From Escherichia virus TH47, in sequence record MT446416.1: a stretch of 64,000 nucleotides of DNA, one strand, 5' to 3'. This document shows positions 1-13,122 of the stretch, piece after piece (the stretch's first letter is position 1; the number at the start of each line of letters is the position of its first letter). The notes beneath the pieces were generated by a model, which was given only the letters and a program-made list of their open reading frames with translations, ran no database searches and was not told the DNA's origin. The position numbers and the translations under genes were made by a program.

Positions 1-76
1 GAGGTCAATATCAGAATTGCACTGATTATTCAGACTTACAAGGTCCGTGTTATACTCTTTTAACTAATCGACCTGA

Positions 77-169
<93 letters not shown>

Positions 170-170
170 T

Positions 171-209
<39 letters not shown>

Positions 210-214
210 AGCAC

Positions 215-330
<116 letters not shown>

Positions 331-333
331 ACA

Positions 334-458
<125 letters not shown>

Positions 459-477
459 GCATACTCGAAGTACCTCT

Positions 478-583
<106 letters not shown>

Positions 584-627
584 AATTGCTTTATAAGCTA
601 CTGAATCGGGAATCACAACCTCCCCAT

Positions 628-923
<296 letters not shown>

Positions 924-924
924 T

Positions 925-962
<38 letters not shown>

Positions 963-1084
963 AGATAAAGATTCAACCTTGTACTCACCAGATTCAATCC
1001 AGTTCTTAATTTGTTCACGATTACCTTTGTGTCGAACATCATACTAATGGATAGCTTCCAGTACTGTTCGATAATCGTTAATGC

Positions 1085-1133
<49 letters not shown>

Positions 1134-1368
1134 AAAATATGCCATATTTGTTTCCTATGAAATGAATGTAGCGTTAATTCCCATTATAAATGCAAATATA
1201 CCAAACAATATCAGACCGATTGGTACAAAGATCATAGATCTATTTCCATGTTTCGATAAAAATCGTTCAAGTATAATTAAACGTATTGATATAGGAACCA
1301 TTATAATAATATACAATATTGAAAGAATTAAAAGTTGCATTTTAATTTCCTATTATCATTTCGTTTTG

Positions 1369-1441
1369 CGACTCTGGAGGAACTCGAATCCCCAACCAAT
1401 TAATTAACAGTTAATCGCACCACCAATTGTGCTACAGAGTC
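1369..1441 (-). tRNA. tRNA-Asn (anticodon GTT)
   Basis: Minus-strand cloverleaf read by hand: 7-bp acceptor GACTCTG/CAGAGTC, D-stem GCAC/GTGC with GG in loop, anticodon stem ATTAA/TTAAT, loop CTGTTAA, T-stem GGGGA/TCCTC, T-loop TTCGAGT; 72 nt plus discriminator. Confidence 0.7.
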
Positions 1442-1449
1442 ATAATTAT

Positions 1450-2154
1450 TTACAAGCCATGTCTTTTCAAAAATCTAGCAAACACATTTTTGGAAGCACC
1501 ATAGCTTTCATATATACTAACTTTTTTCTCACCATTAGTCAAACGTTTTTTTATATCTTCTATGTTATCTTCTAAACGTTTTACGTTTGCAAATTTCTTA
1601 GATGGTATGTTATTTTTGGTTCTATAATTCAGTACTGAACCTGAACTGATATTCATTATTTTAGCAATTTCAGTATCTAACAAACCTTGGTTAATATATT
1701 CTTTTACCTTTTCATAATCAACTGATGTTTCACCACCCTTTGTATTTGACGGAGGCTTGACCATTTTTTGTGAACACTCAACACTACAATATTTTGTATA
1801 TGATTTCACTTTAGTATGTCTACGGGAAAATTCCGTATTACAACAAGCACATACAAATGAATCATATCGTGCTTGTACTCCATTCTTATGTGTTTTATAA
1901 CGATGTTCATCAACATGAAGTATTTGTAAATTAGACAAATCATCATTTGTGAAATCATTATCAATGTGGTCTGCTTCTTCAGACTCAGTTAAATATCTAC
2001 CTTCTTGTACTGCTAATAGATATCTGGCATATTGAGTACTGCTTCTATCAGTTGGAGAATTATAAAGTATTACAGTTCTTCTACCTTCAGGGTTTATCTG
2101 TATATACCCATTCTTCCAATCATTACTATATGGATATTCTAATTTTATTTTCAT
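1450..2154 (-). CDS. HNH homing endonuclease
   Basis: 234 aa; HNH motif ADHIDNDFTNDDLSNLQILHVDEH, Cys-rich zinc-binding segment, C-terminal HTH-like tail; sits inside tRNA cluster. Confidence 0.7.
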   Translation of the reverse strand: MKIKLEYPYSNDWKNGYIQINPEGRRTVILYNSPTDRSSTQYARYLLAVQEGRYLTESEEADHIDNDFTNDDLSNLQILHVDEHRYKTHKNGVQARYDSFVCACCNTEFSRRHTKVKSYTKYCSVECSQKMVKPPSNTKGGETSVDYEKVKEYINQGLLDTEIAKIMNISSGSVLNYRTKNNIPSKKFANVKRLEDNIEDIKKRLTNGEKKVSIYESYGASKNVFARFLKRHGL

Positions 2155-2173
2155 TATTTTATTTCAAAGTTTG

Positions 2174-2478
2174 TGAGCCATCTGTGAGTCGAACACAGTA
2201 CCTAACGATTCGTATAATCTATAGTTTTCACTATAGTACGGACTATATCATCATCCCATAGGGATGCCGGACGCTAATGATGTATTACACAGTAAGATCG
2301 TACTGTACCATCTAGTCTCTGCACCTTCCCAATACGCTTATTGGGCTTGGCTCAGGATTGTCATCACCATTACGTGTTAAGATTTCCCTGAATTCATCCA
2401 GTTTTTCAATCACCATTACTGATGAAAGTCACCATTGTCGATGAGTCGTTTGCTCTAACCACCGTGAGCTAATGGCCC
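2174..2478 (-). tRNA. intron-containing tRNA, anticodon CAT (Met or Ile2-lysidine); exons 2441-2478 and 2174-2210
   Basis: 5' half GGGCCAT-TA-GCTC-ACGGTGGTTA-GAGC-A-AACGA-CTCAT and 3' half AA-TCGTT-AGGTA-CTGTG-TTCGACT-CACAG-ATGGCTC-A give perfect acceptor (7 bp, one GU), D, anticodon and T stems only when a 230-nt insert in the anticodon loop is removed. Confidence 0.65.
2211..2440 (-). ncRNA. group I intron (self-splicing intron candidate) in tRNA anticodon loop
   Basis: 230 nt; 5' exon ends in U, intron ends in G; conserved-core-like elements in order P AATTCAGGGAAA, Q AATCCTGAGCC, R GTGCAGAGACTAGA, S GATATAGTCCG; R/S can pair as P7 (GACTA/TAGTC), P/Q as P4 (CAGG/CCTG). Confidence 0.6.
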
Positions 2479-2507
2479 GATTTGGGTGTTCCTAGTGTTT
2501 CATTATT

Positions 2508-2721
<214 letters not shown>

Positions 2722-2733
2722 AAATTAATTATA

Positions 2734-3126
<393 letters not shown>

Positions 3127-3482
3127 ATCACCAACTTTAATTAAAAAAATGGATGGTTACGCTTTTAAACGCCGCTGTTAATTCAGCTTTATAACCACCC
3201 GTTTTAACTTGCCTTTCGGCTACCTTGACGTGGGGGCGTACAGGCTACTAAAAGCAACTTCTGTAAACATATTTCCACACCTTACCCTTTTAAATAAAAG
3301 TCCATCCGGTTTTCCAGTTTGGTGAAGGACTGTCACCTCTAGTTTAAACCTGCTAGTCAAGTAATAATTGCCTATCGTCCAATTATCAAACCCGTCTAGG
3401 TTAACATTCACCACTTCCTAGAGTGCCAGAGATCTTGTTCTGGATTTCATCGACGTAACTTACACCATATACGTCTGATTGT

Positions 3483-3514
3483 GGAATTCATTATATCAGT
3501 ACTGAACTATTTAG

Positions 3515-3518
<4 letters not shown>
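3483..3518 (-). promoter_or_regulatory. sigma70-like promoter
   Basis: Minus strand TTGACT - 17 nt (AAATAGTTCAGTACTGA) - TATAAT. Confidence 0.55.
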
Positions 3519-3893
<375 letters not shown>

Positions 3894-3895
3894 TA

Positions 3896-4101
<206 letters not shown>

Positions 4102-4105
<4 letters not shown>

Positions 4106-4266
4106 ATTCGTACCAGTAGTTCAATTAAGTACATTTCATATGCTGGATCGTTGATAAGTTTATCATACAGATGTGACTCTGAAATGAATTCCCAATGATA
4201 TTTTCGCCATTTACCAAAACCTGCATATCTAAAATTAATGTCATTCATCCATTCTTCATGTGTCAT
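4102..4266 (-). CDS. small hypothetical protein, MTHEEWM paralog (54 aa)
   Basis: MTHEEWMNDINFRYAGFGKWRKYHWEF...LLVRI; ATGA overlap with both neighbours. Confidence 0.45.
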
Positions 4267-4427
4267 AATCGTACCATTATTTCAATAAAGAACCACGGAT
4301 ATACTTCATGGTTTATAAGTTTATCGTATTCTGCTGGGTCTGATATAATTTCCCAATGATATTTTCGCCAACTACCTATACCCGAATATCTAACATTAAT
4401 GTCATCCATCCATTCTTCATGTGTCAT
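4263..4427 (-). CDS. small hypothetical protein, MTHEEWM paralog (54 aa)
   Basis: MTHEEWMDDINVRYSGIGSWRKYHWEI...IMVRL; near-identical 5' nucleotide sequence to the two downstream copies. Confidence 0.45.
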   Translation of the reverse strand: MTHEEWMDDINVRYSGIGSWRKYHWEIISDPAEYDKLINHEVYPWFFIEIMVRL

Positions 4428-4465
4428 GGTTTTTAACCTTTAATTAAAATTGTCAAAAATGTATT

Positions 4466-5004
<539 letters not shown>

Positions 5005-5024
5005 ATCCTTAATATTATATTTTA

Positions 5025-5096
5025 TAAAGGGCCGGAGAATCGAACTCCGATTGGATTCTTAGAAGGAATCTGTTTTATCCATTAAACTAGCCCCTC
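5025..5096 (-). tRNA. tRNA-Arg (anticodon TCT)
   Basis: Acceptor GAGGGGC/GCCCTTT (two GU), D-stem GTTT/AAAC with GG in loop, anticodon stem GATTC/GAATC, loop CTTCTAA, T-stem CGGAG/CTCCG, T-loop TTCGATT; TGATATAAT element about 11 nt upstream. Confidence 0.7.
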
Positions 5097-5712
5097 AGTA
5101 CTAATAATTATATCACATCTTTGTGGTCTGTCCCAGAAATTGTGATATAAAAGTTGTTATTCTTGTGGTTTAGTTACACCAACACCAATAATGCTTTTAA
5201 TATCAATATGGATATTAGCAAGTTCATTACTGTCAAACGGGTTAGTTTCAGTTACAACAACAGTGGCATCATTAACTAAAACTACTGAACCTTTTACGCG
5301 GTATCCCTGAAGGAGTACTTGAACATTGTCACCAGCGTTTAATGAGTTAATAACTTCTAATAGGGTAGATTCCATTTTATATTCCTTACGGTTAACTATT
5401 TTTACGTTTTTCTGATTCTGGTACAGTTTTCATTTCACCAATACATAGTTCCATGATGAGTACACCTTTATCATTATAACGTACTACATCTTCAATGTCA
5501 AAATGTCTCGCACTATGAACAACTTCAATACATGCATCATCGGGATATGATTCCAATAATGCTACAAGTTCTGCTTTTGTCATTTGCCATCTCTCTGTTA
5601 TTTATCTTTAGTAATTATAGCATAAAAACACATCATGTCAAATGTTTTATCTTTATTTTAAGTGATACACAGTACTGAAAATATAATAAAGAAAAATTTC
5701 CAGTACTGAGTT

Positions 5713-6687
5713 TTATTTAACGTGTTTCCATGATACACCTCTAATAGCTCTACTTATTTGCATTCTATGAACGCCAAACTTTTTTGCTAATGCGTCATAA
5801 CCAAATTCTTTATGTTTTGGTACAAATACTTTTCTACAGTATCTAACTATATCTTCAGTTAATTTGGAATTTGGTTGTTCATCACCTTTAAGATGATAAT
5901 CAGGGTTATTTATTTCTTTATATTCTGTACTTTCTTTTGCAGTCGCCCACATAAGATTGTCTAAATCATTATGTTCTTTATTACCATCTTTATGTATTAC
6001 GTATGGTTTGTTTTCGGGATTTGGTATAAAAGCCATTGCCATTACACGACTTATTTTAAATCCTATATGTTTGAATTCATCACCAACTTTTATTTTTGTT
6101 GCATGATATGGATTTCCATTACTTAGAGTCTGCTTTAATATTTTTCCAGTGCGTTTGCTGAATAAATTTCCATTATCACTAATAGAAAAATCATCCTCAA
6201 ATCCAATTACATCTTTAAATATTTCAGTTTCATTTTCTGGTGGTTCAAATGGTATTCGGTTTTTATAGTAATATGTATTTTTACAAGAAGTTCCGCAAAA
6301 TCCTTTTGACCTACTATCAGAAATTATTATTCTATTAGTACAGTTGATACATTTTGTTTCATATGGTACAAAGGGTTTATAATTTTCGTATTTTATATTA
6401 CTTCTTTCTAACATATGAATTCTAGCATGTTCAGATGCTGACAATATTTCAAGATTTTCTGGGGAATTATTTAATATATTTTCATCTATATGATGTACAT
6501 GTTCATCGGATGATAACCATCTACCTGCTGCAACTGCTGCAACATGTCTGTGATAATATACTCTCCCAGTTTTATGACACATGGGGTGTTCTTTATCCAT
6601 AAAATAAAGATAACCCTTATTAGTGCCGTGTAATTTTAATTGGTTTATTATACATACCAAAGTTCTCCGTAAGTTGTTGTTTCGCAT
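5713..6687 (-). CDS. HNH homing endonuclease (two HNH-like segments)
   Basis: 324 aa; N-terminal HVHHIDENILNNSPENLEILSASEHARIH and C-terminal module homologous to ORF 4466-4990 (FIPNPENKPYVIHKDGNKEHNDLDNLMWAT). Confidence 0.7.
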   Translation of the reverse strand: MRNNNLRRTLVCIINQLKLHGTNKGYLYFMDKEHPMCHKTGRVYYHRHVAAVAAGRWLSSDEHVHHIDENILNNSPENLEILSASEHARIHMLERSNIKYENYKPFVPYETKCINCTNRIIISDSRSKGFCGTSCKNTYYYKNRIPFEPPENETEIFKDVIGFEDDFSISDNGNLFSKRTGKILKQTLSNGNPYHATKIKVGDEFKHIGFKISRVMAMAFIPNPENKPYVIHKDGNKEHNDLDNLMWATAKESTEYKEINNPDYHLKGDEQPNSKLTEDIVRYCRKVFVPKHKEFGYDALAKKFGVHRMQISRAIRGVSWKHVK

Positions 6688-6755
6688 AGAGATATCGGGG
6701 AGTCGAACCCCGCCTTAGAAAATCGGAAGTCTCCAGGAAAACCACTATATACCTC
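6688..6755 (-). tRNA. tRNA-Gly (anticodon TCC)-like, short with poor D-arm
   Basis: Acceptor GAGGTAT/ATATCTC, T-stem CGGGG/CCCCG with loop TTCGACT, anticodon stem GGAGA/TTTTC (two GU) with loop CTTCCGA; only 68 nt; 3' end abuts the ATG of the HNH gene. Confidence 0.35.
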
Positions 6756-6829
6756 AATATGTGCATTTCATCTTTCAATAACTGCATTATATCACAGTTT
6801 TTTGATTTGTCTCAGGTTTATTTATCTTG

Positions 6830-7006
6830 TTATTTTTTATCTCTAATAGCAAGCTCGTAGATGAACCAGTGGTTAGAATCTTCGTCCAAAACCAATGATT
6901 CGAACGTTTTTTTATCGTTCAAAACATCATAATGGCCTTGGCGTATACCAAAACCAAAAGGATTATGTTTGAATTTTAGTTCATCTAACCATTCTTTGTG
7001 TGTCAT
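6830..7006 (-). CDS. small hypothetical protein, MTHEEWM-family paralog (58 aa)
   Basis: Hand-translated MTHKEWLDELKFKHNPFGFGIRQGHYDVLNDKK...; start overlaps stop of ORF 7003-7188 as ATGA. Confidence 0.4.
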   Translation of the reverse strand: MTHKEWLDELKFKHNPFGFGIRQGHYDVLNDKKTFESLVLDEDSNHWFIYELAIRDKK

Positions 7007-7578
7007 CTTATTTTATCCATAACTGCTATACTAAAATATTTACCAAAATCATCACAATTGATAATGTTGTTATAGTACTCAATTGGGTTACGCAATGATA
7101 TATACAATTCAAGCTTAAAATAGTATATATCTGCTGCATTTATATTATAGTGTAGATTAAACCACTCATCAAATGTCTTAGGCTGCATTATATTTATCTT
7201 TATAAAAATCCATGATTTTAGTCAACAGTACTGCAATCGTATAATCTAAATCAGGATAAAGTAAATTGTACTGAAATTCTTCCTCTACACTATAGTTTGT
7301 GGTGCAGTACTGATAGTCTTTATAACCAATGGAAAAATGGTTAGGATACAATGTACAACGAAATCGATATGCTTCATCTGTCATATAATCATTGTATTCA
7401 ACACAGAAGTATAGTGATTTGGCATTTAATTCAATAAGCTCGACAAAACCATCAGGTAATGAATGGTTATAAATGACTGAATCTTCATTAAACCATTCAT
7501 AGTATTTTTCCAAAAAATCACTAATAGATACATCCAGACTTTGTATAGGTGGAGTAATGATAATTTGAACTTCGTTAT

Positions 7579-8127
7579 TCATTTCGACCCCTTACTATAT
7601 TTCACGTATGGGCTATCATACAGATCATAACTTTTTTGTGCACGTTCTTTTCTACGTTCATACATGATTCTATCATACTCCTTGGCTTTCGCATTTGCTT
7701 CATTATACAATTTTAAAATTAGCAAAAATGTATCAAGGTCAGGATAGTTTGCTGGATTGATAGTACTCAGCATAAATCGTTCTTCTTCAGTTCTAGCTAA
7801 GTCAAACTCGTACTTAATAGTTTTATACCCACTCCATTTATATGTATGTGTTACTTTATTAGTAAGTACATTGTATCCAACGAAGTCAGTACTACCATCA
7901 AGTACACGAGTAATCATAATAGATGTACCAATGACAATCTGCACAGAACTCATTTCTGTAGTTTTAAAGTAATATATATTACCACGTCGCAGATTAACTT
8001 CTCGTGTCCCAACATGAACATGCTTAAGAACTTCACTTAATGGTTCTGGTACACCACGAATAGGCATATTAATGCTCCTTTTTAATTCTATACATTTTAA
8101 CAGCACTGGTTTCCCAAAAGTCACCAT
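7579..8127 (-). CDS. hypothetical protein, EE-x-x-F-x-x-S-T-I motif family (divergent)
   Basis: 182-aa ORF containing TEEERFMLSTI. Confidence 0.4.
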   Translation of the reverse strand: MVTFGKPVLLKCIELKRSINMPIRGVPEPLSEVLKHVHVGTREVNLRRGNIYYFKTTEMSSVQIVIGTSIMITRVLDGSTDFVGYNVLTNKVTHTYKWSGYKTIKYEFDLARTEEERFMLSTINPANYPDLDTFLLILKLYNEANAKAKEYDRIMYERRKERAQKSYDLYDSPYVKYSKGSK

Positions 8128-8335
8128 CTAAGTTGCTGAATTTATATATAGTTTCGAGATTTTCACCATCAAACGAAAACAATACAACATCTTCTTGTAC
8201 AGTACCGTTATGTAACATGATATCATAAACTTCATTTCTTACAAATAATTCTTTGGCCTTAGAAATATCAAAATTAATAAATTTCATATATCCTCCTATT
8301 ATCATTATTTGTATTATATCAGAGTTTCATTGCAC

Positions 8336-8728
8336 TTACCAGCATGTTTTCATAACTTCTGTGATGTAAATCATTTTATCTTTTAGTTCATAAGGGATGC
8401 AAATTTCACCTGGGCTTAACGTTGTGTTCTTTTGAAACTCATCCTCTTCGGAATCAGCCAGGTAAAATGGGTGCGTCACAAAGTTATCATCAACTGGACG
8501 ATTATGTGGTTTCATTAATGCATCATGATTGACAAAATAATAAGCATCAATATCAGGACGGAAATACAAACAATCAACCTTAATGCACGGGTGTAACCAT
8601 AAGGACAAAGAATATGTTATTTGGTTACCAATTTGTCTTGGACCAGATGCAATTGTATTGATGTTATTTTTATCTTGTACCATTTCATAAATGAAATCTA
8701 TCATTTCACGTAGTTCAGATTCAGTCAT
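8336..8728 (-). CDS. hypothetical protein, EE-x-x-FQ motif family
   Basis: 130-aa ORF containing SEEDEFQKNTT, closely matching the motif region of ORF 2734-3126. Confidence 0.5.
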   Translation of the reverse strand: MTESELREMIDFIYEMVQDKNNINTIASGPRQIGNQITYSLSLWLHPCIKVDCLYFRPDIDAYYFVNHDALMKPHNRPVDDNFVTHPFYLADSEEDEFQKNTTLSPGEICIPYELKDKMIYITEVMKTCW

Positions 8729-9256
8729 TTTATTTCCTTAAAAAAAATACCCAGTACTAGACTGGGTATAAAGTAATGTTCAATCAGATTTCTTTTCGTA
8801 ATCTGCAAAAACAGTCAGGATTGTTGCACCCAGTGAATCAACTGCTGCTGCACGTTTTTCATCAAGGGATTTCGCTAGTTCTTGAATCTCTTGAAGTTTT
8901 ACTACTAAGTCAATTTTTTGATTACTCATTACTTCTCCTATTGAATGTATTTTAGATGTTAATTTTGATACCAGATAGATCCAGTACTTTACGTATAGTA
9001 GGTTCTGGTTCAGGCTGAACAACCTCTTCAGGCTCTTGTACTGGAATCTTTGTGTTAATATTTAGACCATCTTGAAGAATTTCAGGGATAATTCCATGCT
9101 GCACATCATTGTACATAGACACAACAGTTTCTGCACAAGATAACATTTCACGAACTTTAAACTGATATCCTTGTGGTAAATCTTTGATGATTTCCATAAC
9201 ATCTAATAACTTCGTTTGTACATCAATAAGAATACTGTTTGATTTATCTGCGTCCA

Positions 9257-9763
9257 TTAATCCAACTCCACTACGTTATTTTTTTTCTTTGTATTTACTA
9301 CAGTGGGTGAATCATTTTTTGTCACATCACCTCGTAATTTCTTTTCTAGTGCGATGATACGCTTTAATGTCTTAATTGACGGTCGTTTCTTTGTTAGCTC
9401 GGCTTTTGCTTCAGTATAATACTTTCGGATATATCCATATGCATAATACTTAGAACCAATAAAAATTTCAGCAACGGCTGGCTGGTAACTCATTTCGGCC
9501 CCATCAAGATCCACTGGTGATGCATAAAATACAATATTTGTATTACACGAAGAAATTTTAGCAACCAGTAAGTTAGCTTCAAGTTTATTCAAAATCAACG
9601 TAGTGGTTTCTTCTGCCTCGTCACTGTACTGCATTGCTGACATTAGAAGTTGAAATGACTTGAAGTAATTACTACCACTGATTACCGTATTGAAGATTAA
9701 GCCCAATGTAATCAGTACTAGTGTACCAAGACATATAAACAAAAACCAATATTCAACACTCAT
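9257..9763 (-). CDS. hypothetical membrane protein
   Basis: 168 aa; N-terminal hydrophobic helix WFLFICLGTLVLITLGLIF. Confidence 0.4.
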   Translation of the reverse strand: MSVEYWFLFICLGTLVLITLGLIFNTVISGSNYFKSFQLLMSAMQYSDEAEETTTLILNKLEANLLVAKISSCNTNIVFYASPVDLDGAEMSYQPAVAEIFIGSKYYAYGYIRKYYTEAKAELTKKRPSIKTLKRIIALEKKLRGDVTKNDSPTVVNTKKKNNVVELD

Positions 9764-9784
9764 TAATATATCCTCAGTTTGTAT

Positions 9785-9821
9785 TTTATTAAAAAAGCCC
9801 CATCAACATTGATGAGGCGGG
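9785..9821 (-). terminator. rho-independent terminator candidate
   Basis: Minus strand GC-rich hairpin CCCGCCTCATC...GATGGGGC followed by TTTTTT, directly after stop of ORF 9829-10038. Confidence 0.5.
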
Positions 9822-11000
9822 AAATCAATTACTTACGGTTTGCTTTACGCAGTTCAGAAAGTTCTTCTTGTAGACTTTTCTTCCATGCAATTAGATGAGC
9901 AAAACGGATTGGCCTTGCACCAGTACCGTGGAATACTGCGAGAGCTTCTTCAGCTTGATGAATCTGGAACTGAATGTAGTTCACAGTGCGGTCGAAGTCG
10001 GTGATATCTAGTACTTGTGCCTTAGTTTCTTTAGCCATTTTAATACCCTTTTATTTCTTTTTTATGAAAAACCCTCATCATTGAGGAATGGTTTGCATTT
10101 TTACATCTGCCGATAATATACATTATATCATGCTTTTCAGCGTTGTCCCAAAAAATTAATTATTTTTTAGAACAAATTTCACAACTGGTAACTCTGTTTC
10201 GTTTGATTCGGATTCATTATATCCGTTCTTCGTGAGAACGTCAATAACTTTTTTAGAATCGATTGTAAATTTATCAAGTTCAGTATAACGATAATAATCA
10301 ATGGTCTGACTGAACTCATACTCACCTGGACGCTGACGGCAACATGTTTGTGTTTCTGACATAATTGCATTGATTAGATAATAAGATTCAGTACTATCAT
10401 TGTTTGGTACATAAATCTTACCATCAAAATGAATCACTTCATGCTTATTCATACAGTGAGTTAATCTCCGATTGAAGAATTGAAATAATTTCCTTTTGAA
10501 GACCTGTAATTTCACTGTTCAGTGAGGATAAACGTTTGGTCAATGCCATAAACTGTTTAGCGTCTTCTTTGGAACGGTCGTTACGAACTTTATCGGAACT
10601 CCAGTTAGCATATGATTGCTCATCTTTTTTGTTAAGAATGTCCCAGTCCAAACGGACTAGTTTTCGTTCTTTCTTAAGTTCGCTTAGGCGAGATTTCATT
10701 TCTTCTTTAGTCATTACAAGGTTCCTTTCATAAAGTCAGGGATAACGATTACGATAGAAGGATTATACTCCACATATCCATTCTTTGTCAATAGACTTTT
10801 GATATCAGAAATAACATTATCATGTTGTTCCATATCTTTATCGCAGTGAATTTCCAATTCTTTTAGGAAAGGTTGTTTAACTGAAATTGATTGGGTCAGT
10901 GTTTGAATACGCTGCATCATATCAATTGGATCAGGACTGAACTCATTACCAACATAAAGAGTGCCAGATGCATCCTTTTCAAGTAAGACTTCTAAAATTT

Positions 11001-11831
11001 TCATTTTGTACCCTTTAATGTACCAAAATTACGTAGTGTAAATCCAGGAACTGGAAAATATACATCACAGTCAATGTCAGGATTCATTGTCACTACCTCA
11101 TTACACATTATATCACGAATTCCACTTCCGTCTACGATTTTTTGCATTAAATCGTTCCATTCTTTTCGTTCAATAACATATGTGTTAATCAAACACAAGT
11201 CATGACCACGTTTCGAAATATAACCAAGTACTACATCATTGTGGACAACACGCATAGTAACTTTTCCAATTCGAATTCCTCGTACTGCATTAGTACTAGT
11301 ATCGTCGTAAATCAGTTCTATTCTAAGTGAACCATTAGATATAAGAGTTGTGGTATATTTTGAAACCATATTCTCAATTTCTTGAGTTAAATCGTCTCGG
11401 TTAAGGTACTCAAACACCGAATATGTCAACTCATTTGCATCCAAACATTGGACTGTTGGAAGCTGGGCAACCATATCCAAAGATACAGGTTCTATGTATA
11501 TTTTTTCAATATCAGATGTTTTGACGAATAGATACCCTTCTAGCGTCATTGAACTAACAATTTCTGCATAATAAGAGTACAGATAAAAAACATTCGTCTC
11601 ATTCGAATCAGTTTCTACCCAAACCTCTGCCTGTTTCATCTCATATTGTTGTAGAATTCGTTGTGTAAACCCAATGTAAAATCCAAGATTAACATCGGAT
11701 TGAGTTTCAAACGGTTTAAACATCAAATATGGATATTTGTCAAGATACTCATTGAACTTACGCTGGGTATCTCTATCACAATCAATGATGTACTTTCGGA
11801 ATTCAGAAATGATTACTTTTTCCAATGACAT
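11001..11831 (-). CDS. hypothetical protein
   Basis: 276-aa ORF, no recognisable motif. Confidence 0.4.
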   Translation of the reverse strand: MSLEKVIISEFRKYIIDCDRDTQRKFNEYLDKYPYLMFKPFETQSDVNLGFYIGFTQRILQQYEMKQAEVWVETDSNETNVFYLYSYYAEIVSSMTLEGYLFVKTSDIEKIYIEPVSLDMVAQLPTVQCLDANELTYSVFEYLNRDDLTQEIENMVSKYTTTLISNGSLRIELIYDDTSTNAVRGIRIGKVTMRVVHNDVVLGYISKRGHDLCLINTYVIERKEWNDLMQKIVDGSGIRDIMCNEVVTMNPDIDCDVYFPVPGFTLRNFGTLKGTK

Positions 11832-12017
11832 AATTATTCCTCACGATGCATAAAGTACATAAACATCGCCAACCATATACAGAATCCAACGCAACGAAGA
11901 AACATATCAACTGTTGGATCAGTGCCACCAGTAACTTGGTAAACGATTACTGGAATTAAAGCAATAGCAATAGACACTGTACATAAGATGAATGCAACAA
12001 ACACCTCAAACATAAAC

Positions 12018-12605
12018 TTAATCGTTTCCATTATTATCCTTCAATGTGTAGTGTAGTACATCTAAAAAGTTATACATTGATTCATTACGCATAACCTTGA
12101 TTGTTAAATTACCACAACCCAACATACGTTTGAGGCGACGCTTCACCGCAGTTAAATCATGAGAACTATTTGTGTACAGACCATTAACCTGACCCGGAAC
12201 AGTAGGAACATGAAGAATGTAATCATAATTCATTAGTAAGCGTTGATTATATTTCTTTAATGCTTGCTTGTATTCTGAAATATTTTCAAAGAATGTACAA
12301 TAACGGTCGTAACGATTCATTTTATTCAAAATTGAAATACGAAAAGCGTTACCACTATTCCAATCATCTTCAGTTGGGTTTGGGTTGATATGTGCCATGT
12401 TAGCTGTACTGTACCCACCACTTGTGAAAACTTCAGAATATCCATTCTCAAAAACATACAATGTTGCTTTGTGGCCTCGGAATTCTTTACGGTACTTTGA
12501 CAGTACTTGAATGTGATTACGCTTGGACTTGTACATCTCGTAACCTTCATAATCGCCACTGAATTCACAAATTTTATCAACACCAGCCATTTCGTATATC
12601 CTCAT
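12018..12605 (-). CDS. hypothetical protein
   Basis: 195-aa ORF, no recognisable motif. Confidence 0.4.
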   Translation of the reverse strand: MRIYEMAGVDKICEFSGDYEGYEMYKSKRNHIQVLSKYRKEFRGHKATLYVFENGYSEVFTSGGYSTANMAHINPNPTEDDWNSGNAFRISILNKMNRYDRYCTFFENISEYKQALKKYNQRLLMNYDYILHVPTVPGQVNGLYTNSSHDLTAVKRRLKRMLGCGNLTIKVMRNESMYNFLDVLHYTLKDNNGND

Positions 12606-13122
12606 TTGATTAATATAGGAGTATTATACATACTCCATTTTCATGTGTCAAGCTTTATAATACGGAAGACTTTTCACTAAAGATTCGGACGTATTATTTT
12701 TAACCCATGTACTACCGTTGTCATTGGATACATATCCAGTACCATTAACAAACTTACGCATAATACCAGTAAAAATGTTCGTATACACCATTATTCAGTA
12801 TCCTTCGGTTTAGAATGTAAACCATACTTTTCATCATAACGGTCATAAGTAGTACCATTCGTACTAGCTTTGATGCTTTCGGTACGATTGATTTGTTCAA
12901 TCTTCACACCACGATAACCAATCTCTTCTTTAAATTGTTCCCATGATTCACGTAGACTCATTTTAGTCCCCTTTTGTTATTTCATACACTCACGTAGAAC
13001 AATCTTTTCAACTGAACCACCGAGTACTAGATAGTGAAAATTAGAATCTTTGTTTGCCATATTCAAAAGATCTGCTTTCTGTTGAAGCGTAAAGCGTGAA
13101 GTACTGTTACGTACTGGCATAG

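Noticed and set aside
1162-1407. Plus-strand 81-aa ORF (and minus 1155-1340) across the tRNA-Asn region
   Set aside because: Low-complexity Ile/Asn-rich translation in AT-rich DNA, overlaps a well-formed tRNA; likely spurious
2348-2355. TGAGCCA, first taken as the 5' acceptor strand of a tRNA pairing with the 3' end at 2175-2181
   Set aside because: Pairing leaves a mismatch and a malformed D-arm; the sequence is better explained as part of the intron Q element, and the true 5' exon at 2441-2478 gives perfect stems
5660-5712. Plus-strand CAGTACTGAAAATATAAT as a promoter
   Set aside because: It would transcribe antisense to all neighbouring genes and lacks a convincing -35; noted only as another copy of the CAGTACTGA motif
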